This document shows, in pieces, positions 11,748-24,852 of a stretch of 64,000 bases of DNA. Position 1 is the stretch's first letter. Each line of letters begins with the position of its first letter. A program made the translations under genes and the position numbers. The notes beneath the pieces were generated by a model that was given only the letters and a program-made list of their open reading frames with translations, had not been told where the DNA came from and ran no database searches. Source of the stretch: Eukaryota sp. GEM-RC1 (taxonomy: Eukaryota); NCBI GenBank assembly GCA_040285855.1, contig JAUFOQ010000003.1:682001-746000 (forward strand), read 5' to 3'.

Positions 11748-12109
11748 TTACTTAGGAACACGGTTATCACGTCTGGGTCTCCAATTGGGATTAGCTCTGA
11801 CTCTGCGGTTTTCTGAAGAGCGGACTCTAACGGAGTGATTGTGCACAGCACATGAGACACAGTACTGAACTTTGTTATAAGTTTTGGGAAGACGATAGCC
11901 GTCAAAAGCACAGGCGGACTGGATATCCTTGAGACCAGCACTTTCAACAATGTTTCTGACTTGGAAACGCTTTATGGCCTTATCCTTAAGTCAGAAATCG
12001 AGAGAGAGTATACCTTGGGACAACAACGACCACAGTTGTTACATCTGATGGGCTTGACATGGCCACGTCCTTTCTTGTTACGTCCGTTATTTCTTCTCTT
12101 GAAGGGCAT
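11748..12109 (-). CDS. RPS26: 40S ribosomal protein S26 (eS26)
   Basis: [39 protein letters not shown]...[13 protein letters not shown]; 29-nt GT-AG intron 11985-12013; missed by the ORF track. Confidence 0.97.
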
Positions 12110-12248
12110 TTTGAGATAGGAAAAGAGAGATTTTACTGAACATCACTCAACTTCATTTACTTCAAGTTGTATTCCGTGTGATGAACAACACTCTCTAACC
12201 TAAAGTCTAAAACAGTGTATGCAGGGAATATATATCATACATTTTATT

Positions 12249-13103
12249 TTATGGTTGTAGAAACTCGTTCTTCCACTTTACGCAACTGTTCCAACTTGGC
12301 AGCAGAACTTCCTTTTGTACAGCTAATATTTTACCTGATACATAAGTTGTACCATTGAAGTTATCATGTTCATCCTGCACAACTGGCGAAGAAAATTCTT
12401 TCAGTAGTTCAGAAAGCTCAACATCTGATGAAATAGGTGAATCGTTGATATCACATGCCACCTTTTTGTTTCTAGATTTTTTAGCTGAGTCTATTATTGT
12501 TCTAACATATTCGTCAGGAAAAGAAACGTTTCTTGGAGACTTATCATGCAAAATTTTGGGTCGGTCCACTGTCTGTTTTTTGGGATATCTATCCCGCATT
12601 TCCACTCCAGGATGACATGCTGTCGGAAGCATAAATTTTTGGTATTCTTGTCCCCGTATTGTTTAATACGCCTTTTAACTGACGACGGACGTTGAGTCCG
12701 AGGAGCATTTGAAGTGGCACGTAGCTTTTTCTTTTGTTGAGATTTGCGAACAGGAACATCTCCATTGTGGTTCTGCTTCAAATCGGAAATTCGCGAATGT
12801 AACGAGTCGTTTTCCTTCTGAAGATTTAGAAGTGAAAGTCTGTGTCGGGAGGCCTGATCGTCAAGTTGGGTCTTTAAATGATTAAGCTGTTGTTTCAACT
12901 CGAAATTAGAACTCTTCAAACCAGTCATTTCAGACTGACAGTCTGATAATGTTTGTTCTGCAAGTGCCAGTTTCTGGATTAAGTCCGAAATTTGCTGATT
13001 GAGGAAGGATTCTTTCTTTGCCAGACATATCGCTCTTTTCAATAACAGATCTAAGTTTTTGCTTCAAGAGTGTTCGACTATTTGATGGTGACGTAGAAGT
13101 CAT
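12249..13103 (-). CDS. Hypothetical coiled-coil protein (frameshifted or spliced)
   Basis: Overlapping ORFs 12494-13042 (heptad-rich) and 12249-12632; ATG at 13103. Confidence 0.45.
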
Positions 13104-13337
13104 TTAAATGCATAGGTAGGGGGGAATTGTTTAAGGAAAAGTCTTCCTAGACCTAGACTACTAGTAGGACCAGACTGTAATGTTTAACTCCTTCTCCCTT
13201 CAATTATTTTCATAATTCGTACACAATCCAGACATACTCTATAGAATCTATACAACCAGTCGCACAGCAAATTCAACGTATGATAAAACTGCACCGAGAA
13301 CTTCAGACACAATGAAATTTATGCATCAATAAAAAGA

Positions 13338-14808
13338 TTAAGGTTTGTAATCAATATCAGTAGTGATGGTCATGAATCCCTTTTGATACTGAATTTGAGG
13401 TGCAAGCATAACAACACCTTTAGAAGTAGGGATTTCAACACCCTTTTCCAGAGCAATGTTTAAGAAGGGAACAACTCCATAGACACAAAGATCGTTGATG
13501 ACCTTGTTCAATTCCTTAGTATCAAATGTTCCAATTTCTGAAGAAATAATACCAAACTTGAATCCCAACATTCTCATTTGCCCTTTCAAAAGAATACCTT
13601 GATCTACCCAAGCTTTCACAGAGGTTTCAACATCGATTCCCAAACTAAACACGGCATGACGAGTTTGATCGGGGAGAACAACAGAGACATTAGTAACAAC
13701 AGGGACTTTAACGGTAATTCCAGTTGAATTGATGACAACTGAAGGAGCAGAACGAGAGCTAACCACAGCCTCCATTGCCATATCTGGATACTTAGCGTAT
13801 AGCGATGGAATGATGAACTTAAATGATTGGGTATTGAGATGAATCCAAGAAGACTCTGTGATATCAGCATCAGTGACTGTTTCTTTAAGAGCTCCAGTAA
13901 CGTGATACACATAACCAGCGCTGTTTAAAATGTATTCACCAAGGAACAGTTGAAGGTGCTGGTCATTGATTTGATCGGGCATGACATAACTGGGTAATTC
14001 AGGACGGACTAAAGATCCCTTTTGGAGAAGATTACCGTTGAAATGGCTGGAAATGTAACCACTTGGGGAGAAAACAGTTTTTTGAGACGGAAATCAAGAT
14101 CAGCAAATTCATCAATGGGGACAATTGGGTCTACACCAGAAAGGGATTCCTTGATAAGAGCTTGAAGCGTAGTCGTCATGGCATTGAGCATAGCCGATTG
14201 TGCACTCTTCTTGATGTCATGAGAAAAGACATCCACAAAAAGATTGTATAACCATGAAGCTCCTCCATGTAGTTTGATCTTTAATTGTCCAATTCCAACA
14301 ACTGGATTACGGAGGGTGGCAGTGACCCCACCAGTAGGTGAAGGAACAATATCCGCAGAGATGCCAATGTTGGCAGCAACATCGATATCGGCTACAATTA
14401 ATCTCTAAAGGCGACAAACCAGATCCAGAATCTTTGATGAAATTATACCTAAGATTAGCTGACGTTTGTACCATACTTATAGTGCCAATTCATGTGAATA
14501 TGACAGCTAACACTTGATATATCCAGACGGATACCTCCTGCATCATTTCTGATGGAAATTCCACCGAAATTGGGATTGGTAAGGAAAATCGCAGTCAAAT
14601 CGTATTTAATACTGCCAATAGGGGAATGGGCTTTACCGCTTTGATTAGGAAGTTGAACGTTGGTTAATTGTTTACGCAACTCCGCTACGACCACATCAGT
14701 GATATGTTTCACACCACGATTGGAAATAGTAGATTGTACACCAGCATATGGTTCAGCCGAGCATCCAATGAAGATAAGAACGACAAAGATGAAGACAAGA
14801 GATACCAT
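13338..14808 (-). CDS. LBP/BPI lipid-binding protein, paralog 1
   Basis: Signal peptide, GVQSTISNRGV, WHYKYNFIKDSGSADID after removing 28-nt introns 14449-14476 and 14392-14419, LHGGASWLYNLFVD, BPI C-terminal domain; one frameshift near 14080. Confidence 0.88.
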
Positions 14809-14959
14809 CAGCTCAAAAATGGTTGGAAATGATGTTTTGATCAGAAAACAGTTTTGAAAATGCCTCAAACCCGTGTGTTCTTGTTAAGTCAGCTACTGAT
14901 CAGTAGCATAGAGCGGAAAACACCGGACGTGTTTGAACACGGTGTAGCTGTAAAAAACG

Positions 14960-15150
14960 GATTTGTGTGAGAAAACACACAACAAGAAAACAACAAATAT
15001 ATAAAAACTATTAAAACAAATTATCAAACGAACTACTGTACCTCATTCCGAAAAGTAGTTGCCTCAATACACCTTTCACAAAATGGAATCAACATATCTA
15101 TACATAGACCTAAAAATCGAAGAAGCAAATTTGCTCTTCCAGTACGATCC
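14960..15150 (-). mobile_element. Extreme 3' end of an RLE non-LTR family (coding tail plus UTR)
   Basis: WKSKFASSIFRSMYRYVDSIL tail; homologous copies at 48685-48870 (+) and about 60730-60790. Confidence 0.5.
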
Positions 15151-15699
15151 GTATTCTGGTAAAATTACTAGGGTCCCTTGCTCCTGAGTTATCCTATGAT
15201 TTTTGTAGAGACTTTCTTTCATTCCTTCTTCAAGTCAACCCCAACATTTTAATTAACCACACCTTTTCCGGTCCATATCTTGGAAGTTTGAGATTTACAT
15301 CTTCTAAATGGTGGACTAAAGCAGCTTTCATTGGTGGTGGAAAGAATTTTGGATTCGAGTTTTGTAATCGATATACATCAAGAACTTCTCTTCTTGAAAA
15401 TACTTGCAACTTTTATCTTAATCATCTCCGTGGTGAAATAGGAAATCTTTCTCCTGAGTTATGGTCATCTTACTTTCCTTTTAAAAATCAAACAAATTCC
15501 ATGTCGAACCCTTTTGTCTTTACAGTTTGCTTCAAAAATGCTACAAAATCATTTATTAAAATATTTTGAAAGTTTGTAAGGTTCGATAGCAACCGGTCTT
15601 GTTTTAATAATATCAAACTTTGGTTGTTGGATCTATTACATTTATACTAAAAAAAGTACATGTACAAGAAAAACGATCTGTTCAACTTTTGTTTGTTGT

Positions 15700-16345
15700 A
15701 TTTATTTTTATTGACAAAAACACTACAGTGTACGTACATCTAATAATCAATATCATCAAAATCCAGATTGCCTATCTGGAAATTCTCACCTAAATTATCC
15801 ACATAATGTCTGCCAAGAGATAATAAACCGCTAGATACAGAAGTCACCATACCTTTAAAGATAGCAAACACAATTAGACTTTTCCAAAATCTAAGATCAA
15901 AAGTCCTAGATGTTTTTTCTTTTACAATCTTCACAACGATTTTTAGTAGTGATGTTGCAGATCCACATGAAGAACCATACAGTGAAAATACAAAAGGGTA
16001 CAAGTGATTCGAGTGTGAAGCCGAATTCAATAATTTCAACTTAACACAATATTCTCCTTTTTTAAATTATTCACCAATCAACAGAGGGTTTTTAGCATTA
16101 TATTTAGCAAGTTTCTTGTTGAAACCATTACGAACGTCGATAGACATAAGATCAGCAATAATGAAAGATCCATCGAGAACAGGAAACATACCATCACCAT
16201 GGCTATTTCAAAACGATTTGTTAACAGCCTTACTATCAAACAAATTAGTCAGACTGGTTCTGAAAAGGGAACGATAGCATTAGATTTACACATACAATAT
16301 AATTGATCCCTTACTGAATCATGACCCTTACTTCTAAAAAGAAAT
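15700..16345 (-). mobile_element. 5'-truncated RLE non-LTR retrotransposon remnant
   Basis: Long nucleotide similarity to 3331-3865; ORF LYPFVFSLYGS...FWKSLIVFAIFKG; upstream R...HDSVRDQLY motif. Confidence 0.7.
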
Positions 16346-17037
16346 AAAACGGTTACAATTCAATAAATGTGTAGGTGTTACAGATTAACCACATTGGCAA
16401 TATATATGTTAGTTAGCACGTGTTAGTCCTAGTTTGCGTCATCATGAATTCTAATACATACGATTATTCACCATCTGGAGATCGACGATTCTAGAAAGTT
16501 CAGACTGACACTGCTGTTGAAGATGATCATTGTCACCTGTTTTGGAGATTCATTGTGATATTACTTCAAAACAAATCAAAGTAGATTTAACTACTGGAAT
16601 TCAGTCAATAGTCGATAATGTATTGGATTATATTCGATCTGATGCTACATCAAGTAATGAAGTGAAAACACTAAGAAACTGTTACATTGTTTTATGCATT
16701 GAGAGAGTATTTGAACAATGAAGAAAAGACTGGTATGTGTGTTTTATTTGAATTATATTTACTTTTAAAAATATAGGAAAATATAGGTAATTTTGATAGT
16801 TTCATTGTGCATTACAGATCTTGTGATATACTACTGGAACAAAAATGATACAAGATCAAATAGTATTCGGGATTGGATTTAAGGAGTCGTATTCGTTGGC
16901 TGTGATGTTTGCGAGAGTGATGGGGGGATATAGTATTGGTAGTTAAGTTATATAAATTCATATAGAATATTTTAATGGTTATGTTTAACGACATTACATA
17001 TAGAAAAACAATTATCAGTAACAACAATTCAATACAC

Positions 17038-17132
17038 GTTGTCGTTATAAATGTTGTATGACCAAATGTTTTATGACCAAATGCTGTATCACCAAATGTT
17101 GTCGTTATAAATGTTGTATGACCAAATGTTGT
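17038..17132. repeat. Short compound tandem repeat
   Basis: GTTGTCGTTATAAATGTTGTATGACCAAATGTT repeated at 60-bp spacing with 15-bp (T)GTATGACCAAATG subunits. Confidence 0.7.
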
Positions 17133-17501
17133 ACACGTAGTTGAAATGTCCACTATTATCCCTTTGATGAATGACAATTTCCTGTAAATAAAGATATTAC
17201 AAATATTGGTGTTCAGAACACCGTTTATAAACACATTGTCATCTCCTAACAGAGTAACTTTTGTGTGAACATGGGAATCGATTATTGGAACAAAAGCGTT
17301 CAACAACCACTGTGACAGAATGGATTGATCTATTAATAAGTACTTCGCTACTTCAGCTTGGGTTTTCTCAAACCTCAAGTAAGTGTGCTCGAACTTTGGT
17401 ATCTTCCGATGTATGACACTTGGGGTCAAGCAAGTCAATGTCAGGATCAACTAGATGGTATGAAATTTTTGTGTGGAAGTTTGTGTCAATTTGCAAATCC
17501 A

Positions 17502-18052
17502 ATGAATGCTACCTCTTCCTTATTAACTTCTCCACCTCTCAATAAGAAACTTGTTGTAACCACGTCTTGTGGTGATTCGTATACTGGATTTTTGCATTGT
17601 ATTGACAGCGAAACCGGCTTTGTCGTCTTGAGTTAGTTCTTCCACTATTCCTCATCTCAGTGACTTCTATACCTAATCCGTCATTTTCCATAGTTAAACT
17701 AGGTCATATCCACAGTGTTGAAATTGAACATGAAGAACGTCCCCCTTTACACATTCCTCTTGACATTGATATGAAGGAAGTAACTGACAGAATATCACAG
17801 AGTCTTGCATTAGCTGAGCAAGAGCTTCGAAACACGAAAGCTGTTGCTGAACTTTCTCCTCGTGGGAGAAAAATATATGAAAAGTTTAGCTCGCTGTTTG
17901 ATACAAGTCTCAATGATAAGACTATAACAGTTCTTAACATGTTTTACATTGTAGATCCGTACACACGGGCCCTTCCTCTTCCAGATATTGTATGTGATGC
18001 TCAGCAGTTAAATCGAATTAATACAATGCTACGGAATGTTGAATCCTCTTAG
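17502..18052 (+). CDS. LSM12-like protein (Lsm + anticodon-binding AD domain)
   Basis: Lsm-fold exon (VVTTSCGDSYTGFLHCIDSETGFVVL), 29-nt intron 17632-17660, AD-like LSPRGRKIYE...ITVL...IVDPY...QLNRINTML. Confidence 0.7.
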
Positions 18053-18792
18053 GTTTTTGACTATTGTATTTTATCTATGAATTAATCAATACACGTATTT
18101 TATAAGATACGTTTTTCATAGGGTTGTTACTAAGTTCATAGAGCTAGACCAGCTAGATAACTAAACTGAACTGAACAAGACCCCTAGTTTTTCATAATTT
18201 TTCGATCAAAATGTTTGATACCATATTTGAGTTCTGGTATTCTTCTTCAAGTAGATGCGATTCAAATAGTTCTTCTGAGCTCTACCGCCATTTGCAGGGT
18301 ATTATTTACCAGGCTTCACTAAAGTAGTCCAAAATGCAAAATTAAATTAGGTTTCCTTTTTTTTAAGCTTTTCGTAACTTTAGCTAGAAAGTTACTTTAG
18401 GTTCAGTAAAATACGACTTGATCCCAATCTTCTTCTTAAAAATTTCTCTCGTAAATCTTCTTTTCAGTTTCCGATTGCGTATATCCATGACTTCACTTGA
18501 ATGCCAGTGTATGAAGGGTCGAGTATTGTCAAAAACTGACGAATCGTTTCGAACGATATCAGTGGTTCTGCATTTGAAAGGAAGAATCTCGGATGATTGA
18601 TGTTCGAAGTGACCAGAAGCTTGAATAGTCGATCTTGGTTGAAGAACTTTGTAACAGAAGAAATTTTACATCGATGTACATTTTGTTGAGTTGCTCCAAT
18701 AAACCATGCCTTACCGGTGTTCTTCTTGTGTAAGAGAGTTATTTTCTATGCTCAGAAAGCAAGAGGTCTGTTACTTTACCTTTCGAAATTTA

Positions 18793-18832
18793 AAAGTAAA
18801 GTAAAGTAAAGTAAAGTAAAGTAAAGTAAAGT
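18793..18832. repeat. (AAAGT)n microsatellite, about 8 units
   Basis: Direct reading; about 125 bp upstream of the WRKY ATG. Confidence 0.9.
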
Positions 18833-18955
18833 CACTTTAGTACAGTACTTTACTACTTTAGAGAAGCCAGTTATTCATCACTTATATTACTATAGGCGAA
18901 GTTTTATTCGATCAAAGAAGTTCGCAAACTTCTAGTTTAATCAAATTTTCTCGAA

Positions 18956-20375
18956 ATGTCTGCAGAAGGACCAAAGTCCTTGATTGCTGAGTCTCATCCA
19001 GGGCAGCTGGATCGTACCTTCATTAGTCAAACAGACACATATGCGCTAGACCAGTCTCCTCAACTCATATCATCCTTTCAAAGTGTATCATCTTCTGTTA
19101 CGCAGGACAAATCCTCTTTGTGTGATGGCTTTGGACTCGTATCCTCACCAGCTTCATACACTGGATTTGGCTTCGGATTTGATTCTCTTAAGCCCAATAA
19201 CCCATCATCATCTTTTTTACTCGTCGTTGTCCTTCAACGACAACTCCTTCTACTCCGATTTCTCTCAACCAAAACCAGAAGAGAAGCAATCCTTCATCAG
19301 CCCCCAATTCTGTCCTCCCGCCATAAATCAATTCCCCGTCTTTCGCCAAGATGTCTACCCTTCCACTCCTACCTCCTCCGAATCCGGTCCCCAGCCAGGA
19401 TCTCATTCCATAGGTCTTCCGTTCTTTGATCAGACCTCCAACTTCCCTCAGAACGCGTCTCCTTCCAACTCTAACCAAGTTACCGAAAAGGTCATCCACT
19501 CCAACGTCTCCTCCCTCACTAAACCTGAGGATGAAGTCGATGAGAAAGGAAAGAAGAAACCATCAAATCCCTATGAAGAAGTGCTGGACGATGGATACCA
19601 ATGGAGGAAGTATGGCCAGAAGTTCTCCAAGAACTCCCCTTTTCCAACATGTTACTACAAATGTGCCTACCCCAACTGTAGTGTGAAACGTCAACTTCAA
19701 CGGGATTCCGATGGAAATGTCGTCTCGATTTACCGTGGCAAACATAACCATTCAGCTCCCCAGGTTGTCAAACGTACCATCAACACTCAAGAAGAGCTCG
19801 TATCACTAGTTGCCGAACACTGCGTAATCAACGAGAACACCTCTGGTGACGTGTTGATGAGAGCCAGGAGCCTTTCTCGATCTTCTTCCTATGCTGATAG
19901 ACGATTGATTCTGGAGTGTGAGGATACTGTTGACGTGTTTAGTGATGAGTTTTCTTGGAAGAAGTATGGCCAAAAGCAAGTTAAAGGGGTGGCTCTAATG
20001 CGATCTTACTTTAAGTGTGCTATTCCTAATTGTCCAGCCAAGAAGCTAGTCCAAAAGTCATCAGATAACAGCTCACAATCAGTCGTGACTTATGAACATT
20101 TGCACAATCACGATTCGTCTACTTCTAAAGTGACTTGTACTGGACCTAGATTATCGGGAGACTCGTCTCAACTTTGCAAACGTAGTAATCCTGGTGGTTT
20201 TAATTCAGGACAACAGTTTGTTCCAATGATTCAAGTAGGCAATCAGCTGTATATGCTAAATACTAACTCTCCTGGAGGACAACCTTATTATGTTGCCGTT
20301 CAACCTCATCCTTATATGGTTCCTAGTAATGGTCATCCACAGCAAACTGTTAGCGAGGAGGAAAGTCAATTGTAG
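18956..20375 (+). CDS. Group I-like WRKY transcription factor with two WRKY domains
   Basis: DDGYQWRKYGQK...YYKCAYPNC...YRGKHNH and DEFSWKKYGQKQVKG...SYFKCAIPNC...YEHLHNH; ATG 18956 joined to the 19083 frame by a frameshift or intron. Confidence 0.93.
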
Positions 20376-20941
20376 ATTTTTTTTTGGTTATAAATCTTGT
20401 TTATTGATGTCAGGCATCTGTTTTTATGTTGGTTTCAAGTATTTCTACTCCATACGCAAGTTTGTCTATTAATTGTATTGTAAGCATTTTGGAAAAGACA
20501 GCATTAAAAACAAAGAACTTTAAAAGATTTAGAACCTTCATCATTCATTATTAGGAACTGATTGATTGATATACAGAGACTAACTGCTCTGAGGGATTTC
20601 CATTGAGGGAAGAATTAGTTTCAGCAGTACCTCAATACAATCTCAATGAATAAAGATAGATATAATGACCAAAAAAAAGTCGTGATTCTACTGAGAGAGA
20701 TCATCAGGATCAATATACAAATGAACTGCAACGTATACAGTTCATAAATTGAATTTTGGTTCTATTAAAACACAGACTTACTTCCCCTTTCCTAGTAGAA
20801 CCTGAATTGTAAGAGTAGATAATGGGCAACTCTAGCCTTGAGTTGATAATGTTCATTAATCAACAACTTTGATACCCCACACTGCTACAAACGACATCAA
20901 AAGAGAGATTTGTTTAAAAAAAGACTAAGACCAAAGAAGAT

Positions 20942-21902
20942 CTAATTCTTTGACACAAAACAAAGGGGTTTAACACGATGATTCCGTGTTGAACTTAACA
21001 GGAACTGTAAACACTGAACCCATTTCAATAAGTCGATATCATTTGGAAAATCTTGATCTAATTGATTTTTAACAAAATCTAACAAATGACTCAGCACTGT
21101 TTTTTCAAGAAAGTCTATTTTAACGTGAAAAGTATACTGGTCTGGACAAGCCAGCAAAGTCAAAACAACTGAATCAATGGCTAAATACGACTGAACACTA
21201 GGAGACAAGGAGCAAGGAAGTGGAGTGTAGGAGAACTTTGATGATAGAGGAGTTAGTCTGGATAGAAACACGTGCACAGATTGAATTTGTTTACCACGGG
21301 CTACTAGTGCTCTACAAGATTGAACATAGTTTGCATCAGAAAGTTCACCTTTGGAATGAGCTAAGGAAAGATCCTTGTAGAGTAACTTGATTTTAGAAAG
21401 TATATGGTAGATGTGGAGTTGGAAGCAAAGGAGTGGGAATCAAATGGGAAACAGATGATCTGAGACCGTGAACAAAACGTCTGGAGGACAGGTTAGAAGA
21501 TGCTAACTGTTTGATTTGCCGAAGTCTTTTTAAACATGGATTCGGAGACTGACTAGTAGTTGTAGGAGAAGAGGGTATCGTAGATTTTATCGTAGATTTC
21601 GGTGGATTCCTAGTAGTTTGTAGATTCTTTGTCGAACTCTTTGGCAAACGAAGTTTAGAAGAAACTTTTTTTTGTGGAGGACCGCTGATATGAACGGATT
21701 TGACTAGTTTTTGAAGTTGTGAGTTGGGTAATAGAGATGTAGGAGGAGAAACAGTAGTTGTGGATGAAACATGAGTACGGGTCTGCTTTAGAGCTGTTAA
21801 AAATGAATGTAAGCTATTCAGGAGATGATCTATCTCAGTCAAATAGGACAATTGGAAGTGGTACCAATTCAAAAGATTTTGCATGAAGACAAATTCAAAC
21901 AA
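20942..21902 (-). CDS. Hypothetical protein (fragmented)
   Basis: Collinear ORFs 21393-21902 and 20942-21277, S/P/T-rich; no family recognised. Confidence 0.4.
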
Positions 21903-21903
21903 A

Positions 21904-23119
21904 ATGTCTCAAACCCGACTCTCTCGTGAACAGCTGGAAGAGATACGTCCTCGAATTCCACAGGTTTATGACATTTTTGGAGTAGTTAAGGTATACCAAG
22001 CACATAATGGAACTTGGTCTTCCACTGGTACATGTGGCCTTCTACTAGTTTCGGGGTCAGGAATTGCTGTTCTAGGGTTTCCCTCATATGATCTTGTTCT
22101 CGTACAACCATTCTACAGTGGTTTTTTGGCTAATGATCTTTCTCCTTCTTTTCTTGCTTTTGAAGGGGATTCTTGTGTTTTCGGGCTATCTTTTACCTCT
22201 GAAACAGAGATGGGACGTGCATTCGACCGTATTACTGAAGTCAATGTTCCCACTTCTCCTTCAAAATCTCCCTCTTCAGATGGAAAGTCTGGGTTTCTGT
22301 CTTCTTTTAAGTCCTTATTCAAAAATAAAGAAGAAGCGCCTCCTCTTGCTGTCTCTAAACCATCTGGTTTCAAACGAACTCATCATATTGGTTTAGACTC
22401 TTCAGGTCAATTTAAAGTTGAAAATCTTCCTCGTGAATGGTTGACCGTTCTATCTCGACAGTATGGAATTGAAATACAAAATGAAGAAGAGGAACGTATT
22501 GCTAAACGAGTCATTAAGAAACACTTCAAGAAGCAGAATAAGACAGAGCCCCAGCCAAGGGCAAAACCTCTGGCTCCTGTACGACGACCACTGTCATCAA
22601 CATCTTCATCTACTGACAGTACCGCTCCTAAGCAACCACCTCCAGTCCCTACCACCCCTTTCCCTCCAAGCAACGTCCCTTCCAATATTCCACCGCCACC
22701 TCCTGTACCAAATGCACCTCCACCTCCCCCACTTCCTTCAACTCCTTCTGCTGGAAACCCTGCTCCCTCTTCTGCTCCCCCACCTCCACCCCCTACCTCC
22801 TGGTGGTCCAATCTCTCTTCCTAAGGTAGAACCCAAGGTCAAACTACCACCTCCTCAACCGAAACCCAAGGTTGAAGCTGATCCAAGAAATGATATTCTT
22901 TCTCAAATCAGAAATAAACCTCAGTTGCGGAAGACAACTACAGTGGATAAGAGTGACTTGAACCATAAACGGACTGAGTCTGTACTGCCATCACCTGCTG
23001 CTCTTGATTCCTCTGAGTCTGCATCACTTCAGCATGCACTGGCAATGGCTTTATCTAATAGAAGATCTGGAATTGTAGGAGATGATAATGACACATCATC
23101 GTCCGATTCTGATTGGTAA
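21904..23119 (+). CDS. WASP-family actin nucleation-promoting factor
   Basis: WH1/EVH1 domain, CRIB (VSKPSGFKRTHHIG), poly-Pro, WH2 (RNDILSQIRNKPQLRKT), C helix (LQHALAMALSNRR), acidic end DSDW; frameshift in the C-rich tract near 22790. Confidence 0.92.
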
Positions 23120-23397
23120 TTCTTTGTAAAATATTTGTATAGTTTTTGATGTACATTTCCTACTCTTTTCGACGGTTGTTTGTTTATATATTTATAGTAA
23201 CTCTGTTTGTTTTTCTTATCAAGTACGTCATCAATTCAATGATTGTCGGCAGTATTAGTAGTGGGAAGGATTGAAAGTATACAGGACAGTCTCTTACTTG
23301 AAATGACGTCTGTTGGGGACTGAAGCAGTGTAATAGCTGCAAAGAGTGTCTTTAGGGTTTGAAACAACAAATCAATATCTCATTGTTTTTCGTTGTG

Positions 23398-24852
23398 ATG
23401 ATGTCTTTCCGATTAATTGCTGTAATTGCGATCCTAGTTATATGCTCGATGGCAGATCCTCAATCTGGTGTTCAATCCACTATTTCAAAACGTGGTATGG
23501 ACCATATCATGGATGTTGTCGTTTCTCTCCTGAGACAACAACTTGAGAATGTTCGATTACCTGATCAAAAAGGGAAGGCCAGCTCTCCCATAGGCCACAT
23601 TAAGTATGAGTTGAAAGATATTCTTCTGTCTGGCCCAAATTTCGGTACAGTTTCCCTTAGAAATGATGGAGGTGGCATTAGACTCGATATATCAGCTGTT
23701 ACCTGTCATATACATATGAAATGGCGCTACAAGTATCACTTTGTTTCCAGACAGTGGTAGGGGTTTGTTCTTGTCCTTTTGCTTTAACTTCAGCAGAAAT
23801 TGATGTTTCTGGAGTTAACATAGGCATCTCTGCCGACGTGGTTCCCTCTTCAGTCGGTGGAGTAACTGCCACACTTCGAAATCCCGCTGTCAATATTGGA
23901 CACATGAAAATCAAGTTACATGGAGGAGCCTCGTGGTTATACAAACTCTTTGTGGACATCTTCTCTCATGATATCAAGAAAAGTGCACAGTCAGCTATCA
24001 GGGGATGCCATGATGTCCACGCTTCAAGCTCTTATCAAGGAATCCCTTTCAGGTGTAGACCCAATTGTCCCCATTGATAAGTTTGCTGATCTTGATTTCC
24101 GTCTCAAGAAAACTGTTTTCTCCCCAAGTGGTTTCATTTCCAGCCATTTCAACGGTAATCTTCTTCAAAAGGGCTCTTTAGTCCGTCCAGAATTTCCCTG
24201 TTATGTCATGCCCGACCAAATCAATGACCAGCACCTTCAACTATTTCTTGGTGAATACGTTTTAAACAGTGCTGGTTATGTGTATCACGTTACTGGCGCT
24301 CTTAAAGAAACAGTCACTGACGCTGATATCCCAGAGTCTTCTTGGATTCACTTGAACACACATTCATTCAGATACATCATCCCAATCCTATACGCCAAGT
24401 ATCCAGATATGGCTATGGAAGCTGTTGTTAGCTCACGTGCACCTCCTTCAGCAGTTATCAATTCCACTGGAATTACCGTTAAAGTTCCTGTTGTTGCTAA
24501 TGTCTCTGTTGTTCTCCCCGATCAAACTCGTCATGCCGTATTTAGTTTGGGAATCGATGTTGAAACCTCTGTGAAAGCTTGGGTAGATCAAGGTGTTCTT
24601 TTGAAAGGACAAATGAACATGTTGGGATTCAAGTTTGGCGTTATTTCTTCAGAAATTGGAACCTTTGATACTAAGGATTTGACCAAAATTATTAATGATA
24701 TGTGTAAGTATGGAGTTGTTCCCTTCTTGAACGTTGCTCTGGAAAAGGGTGTTGAAATCCCTACGTCTAAAGGTGTTGTCATGCTTGCTCCTCAAATTCA
24801 GTATCAAAAGGGATTCATGGCTATCACCACTGATATTGATTACAGACCTTAA
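23398..24852 (+). CDS. LBP/BPI lipid-binding protein, paralog 2
   Basis: Signal peptide; 31-nt intron 23763-23793; 3' part nearly identical to paralogs 1 and 3; apparent frameshifts near 23747 and 24003. Confidence 0.85.

Noticed and set aside
16812..17450. 212-aa minus-strand ORF
   Set aside because: Non-ATG start, built partly from a tandem repeat, no recognisable domain
22407..22811. Gly-rich antisense ORF and similar short antisense ORFs
   Set aside because: Shadows of real genes on the opposite strand (here the WASP poly-Pro tract)
18956..24852. Calling frameshifted host genes (WRKY, WASP, BPI) pseudogenes or programmed frameshifts
   Set aside because: Breaks are single-base, often in homopolymers, in otherwise intact genes; assembly indels are more parsimonious and cannot be excluded without reads
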